From NCBI GenBank assembly GCA_964252035.1, contig OZ176200.1: a DNA stretch of 64,000 nt. One strand, written 5' to 3'. Position numbers and translations under genes: made by a program. A model generated the notes under the pieces. It made no database searches and was not told the origin of the DNA. It saw only the letters and a program-made list of their open reading frames with translations. Shown here in pieces: positions 63,681 through 64,000 of this stretch. Numbering within the stretch: position 1 is the first letter of the stretch; each line of letters begins with the position of its first letter. The stretch is from Podarcis erhardii. Its lineage: Eukaryota.

Positions 63681-64000
63681 CGAACAGTAACAACTCAATG
63701 GATGATTACTTTCCATAGATCAGACACAAAAATGCTAGTTTTGTTCTAACCATAATGAAAATTACAACATTCTGCACACATATAATGCAAACATGTTCCA
63801 CTCAATATACTTAATTCTGAGTAAACATTCGTAGGGTTGTATTGTAATTGTCATTTTGCTAGTTTACTTCCATTCCGGATTTGATCTTTATTCTACAGTG
63901 GAGTTGATGCATCTCTCCTGTGGCCAAATTAAAATTGTATTCCAGGTTTTCACTTTGTTTCTCTTCCCTAAGGATTTTGGAGTCTACTTGTTCTATCCTT

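Overview
Vertebrate nuclear DNA, most likely a lacertid lizard (inferred from Sauria/Squam1 SINEs, a Squam3-like CORE-SINE, Bov-B, L2 and CR1 remnants). It holds the conserved FMNL2-PRPF40A-ARL6IP6 block. (1) 3' two-thirds of FMNL2 on + (13 shared coding exons from 2004 to 20436, then two alternative C-terminal exons at 22026-22117 and 26327-26436; 3'UTR to about 28790). (2) A complete PRPF40A on - (26 coding exons, 60365 to 31637, 3075 nt, 1024 aa + stop), tail-to-tail with FMNL2. (3) The first two coding exons of ARL6IP6 on +, sharing a CpG-island bidirectional promoter with PRPF40A. All exon joins were checked by hand for splice dinucleotides and phase. Gene names and family names come from my recall of the homologues, not from a database search. 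Introns carry many transposon remnants and there is one 172-N gap. The best leads are: a Penelope-derived 100-bp-arm hairpin with a minimal hammerhead ribozyme core in PRPF40A-sense orientation; a PRPF40A microexon cluster with a candidate poison microexon; a candidate third, hydrophobic FMNL2 C-terminal exon; RBFOX/QKI motifs around the alternative FMNL2 exon; a GC-AG intron; and GGC-encoded poly-Gly tracts. I found no convincing wholly new protein-coding system, and no rRNA, intact tRNA or CRISPR array.
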